Shown here: one piece after another, positions 40,301 to 55,400 of the stretch
How positions within the stretch are numbered: position 1 is the first letter of the stretch
Layout: each line of letters starts with the position of its first letter
From: Tubiluchus corallicola
Taxonomy: Eukaryota; Animalia; Priapulida
Direction: 5' to 3'
Assembly: GCA_030141605.1 (NCBI GenBank)
Contig: JAQGDQ010000518.1
Location: forward strand, 62,001-126,000
DNA length: 64,000 bases
Notes under the pieces: model-generated
Told to the model about the DNA's origin: nothing
The model's database searches: none
Seen by the model: the letters and a program-made list of their open reading frames with translations, nothing else
Position numbers and translations under genes: made by a program

Positions 40301-43300
40301 AATACTTACATCAGGATTACACTTTGTTCCCTCTAAGTCACCCGAGGTATTTACAAGTATATACTGCTGCGTTCCAGATGATGCTAAAAAGCTGATAAAA
40401 TGTTAAGGTTATAACATTGGAGCAAAACCTTTTCCATAATTAAACAGGCAACCACATCTGACAATAATTTTGTACCTATCTCTACAGGAGGTGATACATG
40501 TAGGCGATGCAAACATCAGTTTATAATAAATAACTTAAATATAACATGTTTTCATTAGTTATAGTAACGTATACTATTGTTTTGCTAACTTAATGCAAAC
40601 TATTTTGTAAGCATGCTGGACCTGGCACAGTGAAGATAGTGACTTAGAAGTCACAACATACAACTAGAGCGCAGTACAGTAAGTCCTTGCTTAACGACTT
40701 CCCCTTTAGCAACATTTCATTTTAACTACACTGAACATTTGACACAGTTTTTATGCTTAACGACGCACTGTTTGGTTTTAGCAAAGATTTTTTTATTTTG
40801 TCAACAACTTCTCTACCTAATTTAAAGCAATAAAACAGTACATATTGCATTATTGCATTCTAAAAACATACCAGTAACATAAAAAGTGCAATTATTAGAG
40901 AAGTATACGTTTTTGCTTCCGAATTGACCACTAAGTGCTAGCCGTTTGTATTAAGTGAGATCTGGGAGCAAACTCTATGCAAGGAATTTTGCCTGTATTC
41001 CTGTTGCTATAGTAGCCAAACTAGACAAAATGTCTAAGGTTTAGCTTTGACTCTGCAGCACTGGTTATTGTTTAACTGCTGCCTACACTTAAATGTTGAC
41101 AAAAGAGAAACCACTAGCAGGTAAGACATATACAGGTGGTTTCAAGCAAACAGAAAGAAATTAGTCAGTAGAAACGTGAGTAAAACTCATAAAACTTTTA
41201 ATTTATATGATTTAAGCAGCATTGATTTTTGCCTGTGGATCACATCTCAATTCTTATACATTACATTCTATGGACAACTTGGCTTCCTCTAACAATGTTT
41301 AGCTTGATGTAGCCTTTTGCTGGAATGCATTAGCGTTGTTAAGTGAGGACTTACTATATTCATTTTCACAGAAAACACATTCTATGCCCATCTAATGACT
41401 AATAACTTACTGCTGTTATTCTTTCAGTAAATTCAACGAAAACAAGAAAGTTCATTAAATGAACTAAAAACTGGGTTTCGCGATGTATGCGACATCGGTG
41501 ACTCTCTGAAAAAGTCAAGTTCCCACAGTAGCCAAATATGCTCCAAAAGTTCCCCAAATATTTGCAAAATATGTCGCCAATTATTTGTGACATTTGACAA
41601 CAAATTCAAAATCTGCAAAAACTTGGAAAGAATTTCGAGATGCTTTTAAGAATGCAACAGCAACTTTACAGCTATTTTTAAAAATGTTTGCAACACTTTG
41701 GGGAATCTCAATTGTCTTGTACCTCTTTCTGCAAAAGGCTCACTAAAATGTTATAAAATGAACAACAATATATTCTCACGAATGCTGCCAAAGTCGCTAA
41801 ACAACTGCAAATGTCACAAAGATGGTGCGCAAATTTTGTGCGACATTCTCGTGCTTGTCACACCTTTTGTTTTAGGAAAGAGTCCAAAATTTGCAAAAAA
41901 GTGGCAAAAGTCATGCGAAATTATTTAAAACTTTCGGACGACTAAACACAGTTGTGTGAATTTTTTAAAGTAAGTTGTGTACTTTGGTCATCGCAGAAGA
42001 GTCGGATTTCCATGAAACCCTGGTTTAAGGAAAAAAGCATTTTAGGTTAAATAACCATGGCAATGAATCACGACTCACAACAGAAAGAAGTGGAAATAGA
42101 AAGAAAGACTCTAGTAGAAAAAAGTCAATAACAATGAAAAAAAAGCAATGCAAACATCCAGAAAGATCAACAGCATAAATTCTACATAAATAACAGAATT
42201 CTTATAGTAATTGCAAGGATACACTGCTGTAGCAATCCAATACAGAAATGCTATTATTTGCAGAATGAATGTAAAAATTGGAAAAAACAGTGAAGACAAA
42301 ATCTGACCAACAGCCCTGGAAAAGTAAAATGAAACATTTTAGCAGCTGGTAAACTATGCAACTGAATCTAACCAAACCGTACAGACACAAAATTAATGGA
42401 AACGGTATATTTGGCAAAGAGCGCGTGCGATCAGAGTTAAGCACTGCTTAGCCTGGTTAGCTAACGGGATTGTGACAGACGGAAACATTGTTGAGAGTTT
42501 TGTAGTCTCTCCTGCCACAGACTATTTTATTTGTTACAGGAAGATGCATAAGCATCTGAGCATGCCTACTTCATCCTATCCACCTTAGTGTCTTGCTTCA
42601 CATAATTAGCATTGATAAGGAACTAGGTTCCTGTCTTGTCACACCATATGCATTTAGTAGGCCATGCTACTCAGTGCTGATTTATAAATGTAGAATTGTA
42701 CAAAAATGCAAATAGTCTTCCCAGTTCATGGAAGAACACAACTGTGTCATACACACAGATGCTCATTTACTAGTCTCCAGGAATAAGTATGATTCCTGTA
42801 CTTCTGCCTGTACAAGCATTTCCTGTTCACTTGTTTAGCTCAATCTTAACTTTACATGCTTTCACTTTCTCTCTAGGAAAGGACAAGTCACTTAGCAGGT
42901 TTGGTATATTTTATTGTTATCACTTAGCCTTAGAAAATATAACAAGGAAATTTGTATAAAACTGTCTACAGAGCATAAAGTTAATCTACACTACCACTGC
43001 ACGGAATTTTCGGGTGCAGTGGTTGCCGCTGTTCATTTGAAAATTATGACGAACTGGTGGACTTCGTGACTTTTTGTAAGAGCACCGTGGTAATCCTTAA
43101 GTGCGATCAGGTTAAAATAATGCAAACTTCTTCACCTTGCTTAGTATTCGCACAGAAATATCATAAAATTAGTTGTCTATTTTTTTGCAAAAACTTCTTA
43201 TATCTTTGACACTGTGCACTGCATATGAATAACGTCATTGGTGGAAAAGTGGCGTTGAAAATGGAAGCGCCCAAGCGTGAAATGATCGCGACTTTAAAGT

Positions 43301-46300
43301 GATTTTACTAATTACGCAAGATGCTTATCATACTTTTATTACTAAATCCTTCTAACATTTTCCATGATCTTGAAATAAGCTTGACTCTCCAGAAGGCTTG
43401 GCTTTTACTTTAAGTTAGAACGTATACTTACTTGCTAGCTTCGCTAATCAACTCAATAGCTAATGATATGCGGTTTGCCAAGACCAGAATTATTAGCAGC
43501 AGAATCACCAGAATCACAGACAAAGTTATACCTAAAAATGACACAATTATCAAATTATGATTATTAAGAATATAGCCAAAAAATGGCAAACTTGGATACA
43601 AGCAACAAGAACTCTTCACAAGCCAAGGGAGGAAGTACTGGCCACTTGGAAATGGCGCATAGGGTATAATTTCACATTATGACATGTAACATAAAGGTCA
43701 TGTTGTGTACAAAGTGAAGTAAAACCAGATCTGGCTAGTAAGTTGATAGTGAATGCAGAGAAATCTAGCCCTAGAGTGGCTTTGTCTGCCAAACAACCCC
43801 AGACATTTTCCTCTACGAAAACTGTATATGCATGGGAATAGGAAGCGTTTCATTTGGCTCAGGGTTTTTTCTCAAACGGTTTCGTGGTACTTGTTAGATT
43901 ATGGCTCTGCTAGGAAGGATCAGCATTAGGCATTACTAGTCTCTGTGCTGAATTACCAGCATGTGTCAAACTATCTGTAACATTCTAAAGATCTGTCATG
44001 GGAAAAAATACTCAACCAATATCCATTTCTGGCTTGGTTGATTACGACTGTAACGGGATCTAATGTGCTTCTGTAAACATTCATCAAAAACGACTTAAAG
44101 GACAAGAAAAGGTGTACCTGATGTACCTGTTTCAGAAAAAATTATATTATTTACAACATTTTTATGCATATAGCGTACTCACGTTAAAAGGAATTTTTGT
44201 TTGTTTTCATTTTGAATTTCTTGCAATACTGTTCCGAAGTTGCCATTACATGACATCACTTATACAAACATAAATCAGGGGAAGAAAAGGCAATGTTAAA
44301 TTATGTCCCAAAAAACGTTCCATGCAAAGTTATATTACTTAGAATTTCGCTTACCCGCTTGAAAGACATGTGTAACTAGAAATGATAATTTAAACAGTTT
44401 GTGCCAATTGGTAAAATGCTGCTGGCTCCAGTGTGCACTACTCAGTAACCAAAAACGTATTTTTAATTTTACTGACAAGTAAAAGTAATTTTTAATTTAA
44501 CTTAGTTAGTAACATATACGCTACGAACGCTCTGATTATTTTTTCAATGTTATCTAAACTTGTTTCAAATAACCTACCATCAAAGAGGTAGGTTAGACTG
44601 CGCCTAACAGTCATCGCAGGAGTTTAAATTTACATGTTTTATACAGCGTTACTGCCGATGTAAGCCCTGCATGCAAAAAGGCAGTACTAAGTGATATAAA
44701 ATTTCAAGACGAATTTTTTAAGCTTGATGTAAGTGGAGGGTTTTCTTGTCCTTTAAAGTCTTTAACAAAATGAATAACTGCAACGACGATGAAGAACCAC
44801 CTTATAAAATTTCTGTTTAACAAGTATTGCAATTTGAGAACATCAGTGTCAAATAAGTTATTTCTCCAAAACCACCAAATGACCACCAAAACCACCACGT
44901 TTAAAAATAACTCAAACCCTACTTGTATAATCTACGTATTCAGATTTGCAACGATACTTCCCTAACCCTAACGCAGCCAGTTCACCACATAAACGTAACA
45001 TAAATGTACCAGGAGGCCTACTTATAAAAGTCTATTTCACAATAAACAGCAGCCAAAGAGAAACAAAAATAAGCTGCGAATTAACTAAACGCTTTAGCTA
45101 GTTCTCAAGCTTCTATACTAATATGGCAATGTTTAGAGAAAGTATGAAGCCAGTCAAGAAAAATATTCTTACCAAATGCCAGCCAAGTAGTTTGAAGACC
45201 CAGATAGGCATCAAGATTTGTAGTGAAGCCAATTTCAGTATAAGAAGAATCAGCACCTTCCACGTCTTCCAAGTCAACGTACGTCTTGAAACAATAATAA
45301 CAACCTGAAATGAACAAGTAAATCACGTGAGGTGCCCTGGCATTCACATAAAAACTATGTAATAATTTGCTATAAGTAATCTGAAAAATGCTATTTAAAA
45401 GCGATTTCAATCTTTTTTTTCATTCAAGAGTTCATCTTGCTCTTCTTTCTATGGCTTATTATCACGAATGAGAGAAAGATGATTTCATAGTGCCTCATAC
45501 AAGTGTTCAGTGTGTTTCACTTGATCTGCCTATAGAGAAATATCAAAAGAAAGGAAAATATGCAATGCTGAACTTTAGTAAAGACTTAAAGACCAATTTT
45601 AATGTTTTCTAATTCAAACGGAATTGAAGGAACAAAACAAGAGATATCCCAAAGACAATTACATAAAATGTAACAAACAAAACAACAAACAAAATCCTTC
45701 TTTTACGATGGATATTTCAGTAAGTAATTTAAAGAATTTTGGATACCAAGAGTGAAAAATACAAATGATGAAAAACTACAATAACTACTGCTATGAATGT
45801 GCCATATAATACATGACACAGCACAACAATAACAAAAATAACAACAACAACAATGACAAAAACAATAACAACAACAACAACTTCCATCAAACAAGTATTT
45901 TGTTATAAACCACAAAAACATGTGCTGAATTTTTCAAAAAAAATTAACCAGAAATTTCAGATGGGACTTTACAGATATTTTTGGTATCAGACAATTTCGC
46001 TCTTCATGATATGAAACAGTCCTAACCAATTAATTGATTCTGATTTTTGTGTTTGTTCTACATACTGACAACAGCGAGTAAATAAACTCTAGGCATTAAT
46101 TCCTCCCTGCTCATGCTGCAAATCCTTAACCAGAAGAAAAATATTTCAAGGTTACTGTACTAACGTTAGTCTGCTTATCATATTTCATTAGTCTTAGCTC
46201 AAAACTTATACAATGTGATTATATTTCATAAACATTTTATATAACTTTAAAACTGGTTTCTGCAAAATGTAAAAAACATACCAACTCCAAGAAGCGCTAC

Positions 46301-49300
46301 CATTCCCACCAGGCTAATCCACACGATCAACCATGCCAAGCATCTCATTAATATAATCCACAATAATGAGAACAGCATGGTGAATACTAAGCCGCTATAA
46401 ATAAATTAAACATTTAAATTATGAGTATAAATGATTACAAATTACATAATCATTTATAAATTCAATTATACATGCAAATGTAAGTGAGACAAGTAAACTA
46501 TAGGCCATGTGAATCTCTTAGCCTTCTGTTCCACAAAAAATTCAGTAGCAATTTAAACTGTACCATGTACACAAAAACCAATGGGTTTTAATTCATATGT
46601 GATTAAGCCACAAGAGTATGAAGTGAGGTTGACACCAAACCGGCCCACCACAGAGGTGGCTAGCTTAAATCAGACATGACCCACATTTTCTTTTTCTAAA
46701 CAAAAATGGGTTTTTATGCTCTTCCAACTCCAAGGTGATTACTAGAAGGTAGTATATCAACACTACTTTACAAAATCATGAAATTCCATATTTATTGATT
46801 CGCAACAGGCAGATTATTACGAAAGACAATATGGTTAGTTAAATGATAAAATATTTTGGAATATCTTGAGAATTTTAAGTGTCTTGTTAATAGAAATTAG
46901 CAACACTTACATAAGTATAAGCCACCATGAGTCAACAAAATCCTGAAAAATTTTCTGTCCAAGACTCTGCAGGTTCAATGCTTCAGAAATCCAACTAAAG
47001 TATAACAAAATAGACGAACATGTAGGTGAACATGAACATAGAAGAATATGTATGTGGAACATGAACAGAATAAATAGCTTAAAAAGAAAGGGATTTAAAA
47101 TGTCTATCGTGAGTGTCTTGTTGTACATTTATTTAATCTAACAAAATGTTTCTATAAGAAACATGATTCCTGGGGTACATGAGTATGTGCAACGACTTTG
47201 CACAAATCCAGAAGTGAGCTTCAGCAAATGGACAGAACAGTAAGTTCGATAATTGTGATTTACTACACAATGCCTACTGCCAATGGTCATCAGTGGAAGA
47301 TGAGCAAAAAGTTGCACTAAACCCCAGGAGGTGCATTTGCCAACTTATTAAAAGGTTTATCCGTGTTTAACAAAAACAAAAAGTGAGCATCAGAAAACGT
47401 CGTCTCTACTCCAACCTCAATCAAATATAATGACTAAAAGTGAACTAGATCATGCAGGTGACAAATTCAGGTGAATGAAGACAACGTGCCACACAATTTA
47501 GAATAGATAACTGGGTTCACAGCTCAATCATGAGCCATTAAAGCCAAAATGATTTCATCTAATGTGTCTATTTGTATTCACATTACATTTGGCAAACTTA
47601 TTCATCAACTTTGGTATCATATTACGTTTGGCAAAATTATTCATCAACTTTGGCATAATATTACATTTGGCAAACTTATTCATCACGTTTGGCAAAATTA
47701 TTCATCAACTTTGGTATCATATTTTTAAGAACTGTCCAAAACACGTTCAGATTACTAGAATTTCAGGTGCTTCAAATGTCCTTCATCATCTTTAAAAATT
47801 TACTTAAATTTAATAGCACTTACAACTGGAAATGTAAGAAATGAGCAATTTGACTGCTGAGTGTACAATACATAAGAATTTTATTGGCATCAAACTTGAC
47901 TTCATATGTGTACAGTAGCAATGACACAAAGCTTAAAACGTAGAAACAAAAATTCTCAATTACTGAGTACGAGTTTACCATAAGATGAACAAAGTTGATT
48001 AACAGCAAAGAAAATTGAAAATCAAATTAATGAGGATATAACTGTGACCGAGGCCGATTCAGTAGATCTATGAGATATTTTTCTCGCGTAAACTTAAATA
48101 GTAGTTTTTTTGAAGTCGCGCTAAATCTCCAGATTTTCGCAAGTTTTTCGATTAGTTGGTACTGTTAAACCATGCCGTCGGATCTGAGTGACAATCTCTT
48201 TCTCTTTACATGCACATGGTGAAGTTAACCGGACAAGTAGTGACAGATTAACCATAGTAGTAACGTGTTATTTATTATCATATAAAGGATAATTACAGTG
48301 TGAATTAGTGTTCTTATTGCTATTGAGTGCTTCAAGCTACTGTGTGTTAATCTTGAGTGAACGGACTATTGGTTCCGAAGCAATAACTGATCATTATATC
48401 ATTATACCTACTTTTTATTACTACGAGTTTAAATCTAGACTATTTGTCTATGTAAAATCACCAATGAAAGACTACAATTGGTCTATAGCGGAATTCACTA
48501 TCGATTAAGGTGAACTCGACCAGTGGAAGTGAATATTTATTCAGACACCGTAAAAGAGGAACGTATGAAATGCCTTATGAATGGAAAAAGAAGACTTACA
48601 TAGTTCCATCTTCCATCTCAGATAATGTGACGTCATTACCTTCCTGATCAGTAACAGTTTCACCATTAATAACTAAAGTACTATTTTCCTCGGGTTTCTC
48701 TGTATTGATATCATCATCAAATATTTGAGGTATGCACCTACCTAGAACTGCAAAGTTAAGAACTGATTATAAAATGAAAAATCAATCACTCTGCCTAAAA
48801 TCACCATTAAACGTTGTCGATGTTATATTTGTGAAGTTATATTTTGTAATTAAATTTTAATTTTACGCTATGTAAATATGTAACTTTTACCTCTTTTATT
48901 CAGTTTTTAAAAAAATTAACTTTCGTAATTTTCTTTCTAGTTTAACGCTATTGCCTACATCAGTCTTTGACTGGTTATACATATAATATTTTCATGTATT
49001 TTATCATACCTGTAAATGTGTATAATTTATGCAATAAAGATTTTATATATATATGTACAGACTTTGTTTATATATATATAAACAAAGGTTCATTCAAAGT
49101 ACAACTCATAATACATGGTGCACAATTATGATTAATAATTAGGGGACGCACACAAGAGTTTAGGTACTTTGATTTCTGCTCACAGACGAAAAAACTTTTT
49201 ATCATGTGTATCAGTAGAAATAACTAGAGAACCCTCAGTCAAGGGGCATAATTGCTTCGATGAGATTAACATAGTTTGGGATTACCACAAAGATGTATCT

Positions 49301-52245
49301 TCTGCATTGACACTTAAAATGATACTAAACTTGTGAGAAAAACAGCTGCCATCATATAGAACATGTGGCTGGTTGAGGTTAGAATTTTATACAGACAGAA
49401 CTGGAAGGTTAATTTTTAATGGAAAAAATTTTCAACATGTCCGAGTTACTGGCTGATTCACAGATTAATTTAACGACAGCATGTGTGCGTACAAATACTT
49501 CTTTCCAGAGAAGCCCTACAATTGGAACGGTCTTAGAACTTCAAATAACCATGCCCACAAGACGTTAGTAAGTGAAATACCATACACAGTTCATATGGCG
49601 GGCGTCCAAATGAAAACGCGTTACTGATTATTGTTATCTGGAACCTTAATAATCAGTGGTAATTCATTCGGCTGCATAAGATGATCTGTTATAACAGCAT
49701 GAGTTGTTATACATGAATCTTTAAAAAACTGTAAAAATCCGAATCTGCACTCATTGATTCAAAAACTTATAGACTCCGAGCTTCAATCATGTCCTACCAC
49801 TGTTCAAGGTATCAATGTATCAAAACAGTGATGACAGCAGACAGACAGAAGGAATAATTCTATAGTTGCCCACTTCATCGGGGGCAATTATAAAAGCAGT
49901 AAAAAACCACGCGACCATTGGTTATGATGCATGGCTCAGACTTGATTAGCTGACAACTGTACCCTTTCTTAAAACATGTATACACATTACTTTACATAGG
50001 AATTTGAGCCTGAATGCTCTACTAACTGACCTATTTAGCACTGCTTGCTAAAATGATTTGTTAATGCAGATTCACTAAAAATAAGAATTTGTGACACTAA
50101 TGCACAAAAAACACATTTTTTTAGAAAAATATAGCGTAAATTTATGATATTAGTAACCATGAAATTAAATATTTCGATGTAATTCAGAGCCTCCAAAAAG
50201 TTATAAAAATACAGCAAATGCTCCAAGGTTCTGCCTTGAACCCTTTTGGAGGTCTTAAGGCAGCTTCCCAATCTCTTCAGCTGGTATGTCATTCCTTAAA
50301 ATTACAGTATGCACTTGGAGTTATATTTTTAAAGTTCAAGCTCTGTAGAAACTTACAGTCATGAACACAAAACTGGGTTCTAGAAACTAACTTAAAAGTT
50401 TGAAAACTGCGACAAATACAAGGATCAGTCACTATGTACTTCACACAACTGAAACCAGGTACATCCTGCAACACAGATGCATATATCTCCGGATACTTGA
50501 GCTTGAACTTTTTTGAACCAACTAGGGTTTTTGAACAAGGTTTACTATTACCCGCATGCTAGAAATTAGAGTTAGGATTAGGATTAGTATTAGGGTTAGG
50601 GTTTAGGTTAAGGTCAAGGTTAACGTTAAGGTTAGGATTACGATTAGGGTAATTAGAATGTATCGGGAATCGTAAACTCCTTCCGAATTTTGATGTTTAG
50701 GCATGTTTTTGAAAGTCTTGTTTCATTTTTTCACATTTTTCATTACTTTCTCAGAAGTTCTTCTTGATATAATGTCCGCTCGTATCTTTTTCAACTCCAT
50801 CTCGTATCTTGCTCAACTCACAAAATTAGAATGTGTTATATAATCTCGAGCTCGTCACAATGGCAAATAACTATTTCACTGATTATATCCAAAGTGTTAA
50901 AAAACTTACGTGCCACACTCTTAAAGTAATATGGAGCACAATCACCATCTCTGACTAGTTGTTCTTTAGTCTGAAATAATAGAAAACTACTATATCAAAA
51001 AAGATATTCAGATTTTTTGAAAAATACAAGACTGTATGATGATTGTGTATAAAACATTGCACAATTTGTACCACAACACTTTAAGCTGAAACATGAAAGT
51101 TCAATTACTATTACTAACATTATTTATTTTCGAACACAATGTACAGATAAGTTATATAAGTGGTTCAATTAAAAGAAATTAGTAGACTAGTAGTGAAAGT
51201 AAAAATAAATATTAAACACAACAATAAAAAACAAGCACGGATATTATTTACACACAAGAAGACAAAGCAATTAATTTAGAAAGACACCACATATTCTAAC
51301 ATTTCTCTCAATTGATACTTTGATAAAAATTAAAATTCTTGTTTTCAATACAACTTATAAAATCTCTGGCTAAGGTTATTGTCGCTAGCTACGAGAAACT
51401 TAACTCGCATCTTTTTACAATTTTACGAGATAATACATGAAAATTTCTAAATACATCTTTTAGGGTAACATTATTTTCTATAAGAATTTTATACAGGTTG
51501 AAACCCATTATTGAGTTTATGTCACATAACGTATGTTTGGCTATAAAGTTAGTTGTCGAGTTACTACTATTATTATATGCTACATAGAATTTATGAGACA
51601 GTTTTGCAAAGTGCTTACTAGGCTAAATGGTACATGAAGGGTTTTCTAGAAATTCTGATACCGTAGAATAAATAACCAATGCTGCATAACTGATAGTGAG
51701 AACACCTTTCTTACTTTATTAAAAAAATAATTGTCAATGGGGACCTGCTAAAGGTACCTGCAGGAGGGCGTTACGGAATGGTCTCTAAGAATGGGTCAAA
51801 TATGCTTTATCTAAGAAATTGACATTAACAAAACAGTAAATTCACCTCTGCAGCATGCAGTAAATTGATGACCACACAAGTTGACACCGACTGCATCATT
51901 ATTGTTATAATTATATTTGTTGACAGCCAGGACTGAAAAACCAGGGCTTGTACCCTAAATGTTATTCGTTATTTGTGTGTTGCGTCTTTACCTGTATTGT
52001 TGCAAGTGTAAGTCGTTAAATAGCGTCTTTGTCTTTTGTCACTTTATTCAACAATAAAAGAAATCTTGTTTGCATAAGTGGCCAAAATAAGTAAATAAAT
52101 TTGCACATTGCAAAAAAATTTCAGACAAAACATCATTGCATTCTGTTTAACTCACTTTAAAGCAGTCACCAGGTTAATAGTGGGGTGGGGTGAAGAAGAG
52201 CATATAGATAGATTGAAAGACAGAGAAAGAGAGGGGAGGGGGAGG

Positions 52246-52307
<62 letters not shown>

Positions 52308-52381
52308 GGAGAGAGAGAGAGAGAGAGAAACAGACAGACAGAGGGAGGGACAGACAGAGAGAGAGAAACAGAGGGAGAGAC

Positions 52382-52413
<32 letters not shown>

Positions 52414-55400
52414 GGGAAATAGAAGAGAGGAAGGGAAAGAAGAACAGTGGAAAACGTACAAACCTACAAAAGAAGAAAAAGAAAAAAATTACAGGCAAAT
52501 AACACAGAACATTTATATTTCTAATTATTTAACAGGAAAAATTGCAGAATGTCTACAGTTTGCAGTTAAGCTAACACAAGCACCTTGCCACTTGTAGTAG
52601 GATCCACATTATATTTACAGATCAAATCATTCAGTGATGTAGTGCTCGCTGTAGAAATGATACTTCTTGATGGACACTCCTCTAAACAAACCTGCAATGA
52701 ATTTAAATTTAAGTGAAGGAGAAAAAATCACAATCTAAAATTAATTTATAATGAATTATTTACTATTCTTATTTTATTATTATTTATTTATTATCATGTT
52801 TCACTATTTGGTTATGAAGACATAAATGTTGTGAAATTAGTTTGTTAAGGTAAGTTTCTCAATGATTGAGAAAACTGCATAGTTCAGAGAGGATACGACA
52901 ATCAGCATAATATTATCATTGCAAGACAACATATGGTCTTTGTAAGACAAAAATAGAAATCCTTACAAAACCACTCAGAAAACAAGATTGCTATCCATTT
53001 GAATCGATACATCTCAATCTAGATGTCATTCTATTAGTGAACTACAATCTCTTGCCAATTTTGCTATTTTTGCCGCAAACTAGTATAGTCATCAATAAAC
53101 TAATTTATTCTATTTTCTATTTGATCGATCATACCAAAATGCAACTGATTCTTTTTTGACAAACACCCCGCCCCACCCTGTGAAATTTTGCTGAAATTCG
53201 TCCACACGTTTTTGAGTTAATGAGTGAACGAACAAATGAACCAAGAAACAGGCAGAATAAAGAACCAAAAATTTACAGATAAAGTCAACAATTTCTACAA
53301 AACCTTTGACAGAAAACTAAAATTGTCCAGAATCTTCACAAGAAGTTTTAGTAGTTTGAATGATAGCAGATGCCAACAATTATAATATAATAATAACTAG
53401 AATATTATGTGAATTGCTGTCATTGCAAAAACAAAAGAAATAAATGATGAATCAACAAAGGAATGGATAAATGAACAGAAGATTGAATGAATAAATAATG
53501 AGATAAAAAAACAAATTTGACTAATATTAATAAATAAATGAAATGACAAATAAAACAAAAGTAAACAATTCAGGACACAAATAAACAAACAAGTTTTAAG
53601 TACTATGCTGCTATGAAAATAAATCTACAATGAGATTATAATGTGACTGGTATTTAAGAGCACATCACAAAGATTAATTTTTTACCTGTGGAGTTGGACA
53701 ACCAGTTATGACACTGGTCAGCCTAGCACAGATAGTCAAGTCAAAGAAGAAAAGCACAGGCCTGTTTCTAAAAAAAACAAGCAAGAAAAAAATCAACATT
53801 TTGTTATTACATAAATAAAATTTTCGAGACACAAAGGTAATAATTTAATAAATGACAACAGACTGGAAAAGCTAAAAGTAAGCTTACAATCACAAATTAA
53901 GTTTTTCCCAACGAATAGTATCAGGGTCATGAACAAATGTCTACATGTTTAAATCCATCATTAATGGATAAGCTAAGGTAAATGCCAAATTTTCCATACA
54001 GTACTCATAACTGGACGGACTCATCACCAATCAAATTTGTTTGGATTTTTAAGTAGTTGAGCACATTAACTCTCAGCAAGACAATAAATGGATGAAAAAA
54101 ATGAATGGGTTATTAGTTTCTTTAGGCACCAACATTTATAATATTTTTAAGTTTGGCGTGCCAGTTCTTTTTTAAGCACTATTAACTCACTAGCGTTAGC
54201 TACTCAACTTGGGCGAAAACACAGTGTTGACTATCTGAGACATACCAAGCTAGCAAGCTAGTTAATTAAGCTTTTCTTAATCTACAAGACAATTACTAAC
54301 GTTTACTTTAATACAGCCAAACAGTTGTAATTAACATTTAAACATTTACAGATACATTAACATTTTTGCATGCAGATTTAACTTCAACTAAAATTTGTTA
54401 GCTTCAGTCATTTTAGTTAACTTACTCAAAAAAATCACCATCATCCCCTGGTTTTTTATGCCCACAAACATTTCCATATGAATCAGTTGGAAATACTAGA
54501 GTAGCTGGGTCACCTTGTAAGAAAGCTGAAAAAGAGAAAATTATTCCCGCATTATCGCTTTGCAATTAGTTTGCCAGGTAAAGAAGGATTCTTTTGTTAC
54601 AATAACAACTTGTGTGCTTGCAAACCAAAATCGCCCATAAGTCGGTGTAGTTAACACTACGTCATTATGCATCAAAGTAAAATGCACCAAACATTTGCTC
54701 ATTTTTTTGTTTTTTATAAAAACAAATGCTAAGTATATTGGAGTTTTATATACTACAATCAAATTATCAAGAAAATGTTCAAAAAAGACTAAAAAATCTA
54801 GTTTTATAATCCCATACTCACTTCTCTGGCTATAAAATTCTACTAAAATTGAGAAAAAAAACTGATATTTTCAAACTCCAATGGCAGCTTCTGGAAGCAG
54901 TCATGTTGCTTCAGGTTTTTTTCTGAAAGTTTCTTCGTCTGGAAGAGCCATCTACTGCATTTAAACATAACTTCAATGTGTTTTTGCAAAGTCCATAGCA
55001 ACTAACATTTGTACGGTTGCTAAGTGTTTTGTAGAAATGCAATAAGAGACAATGGCTAACTTTAACAACAATTTTCTCAAGATTAAGTTTCCAGTGCATA
55101 GCCTTGCACTTCAACTTCAACGTGGATTATCTCAGCTTAGAAATAACACAGAGTGAGGAGCTTGGTATCAAAATGATTCTCATGAAATGCAGATTCAGGA
55201 TATGTGAATAACTAGAAAAGCTCAAGTGCCAACTTTCTGCTATGCAAGCACACTTTTAATAAATTTAACAACACTGCATAAACTGTGTAATTTACTTACC
55301 AAGATATATATGTAGGTATCAATAGTACATTCTATTGGTACATATTTGCATTGGACTAGGTTTTATTTGTGTTCAGTTTTAACAAATGGTAAGAACTAAT

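Larger units (their letters stand above)
40392..42222 (-). other. U12-type (minor spliceosome) GT-AG intron, 1831 nt
   Basis: 5' splice site GTATCCTT at 42222-42215; branch site ACCTTAAC at 40409-40402, with the branch A 12 nt from the intron end; short pyrimidine tract. Confidence 0.9.
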
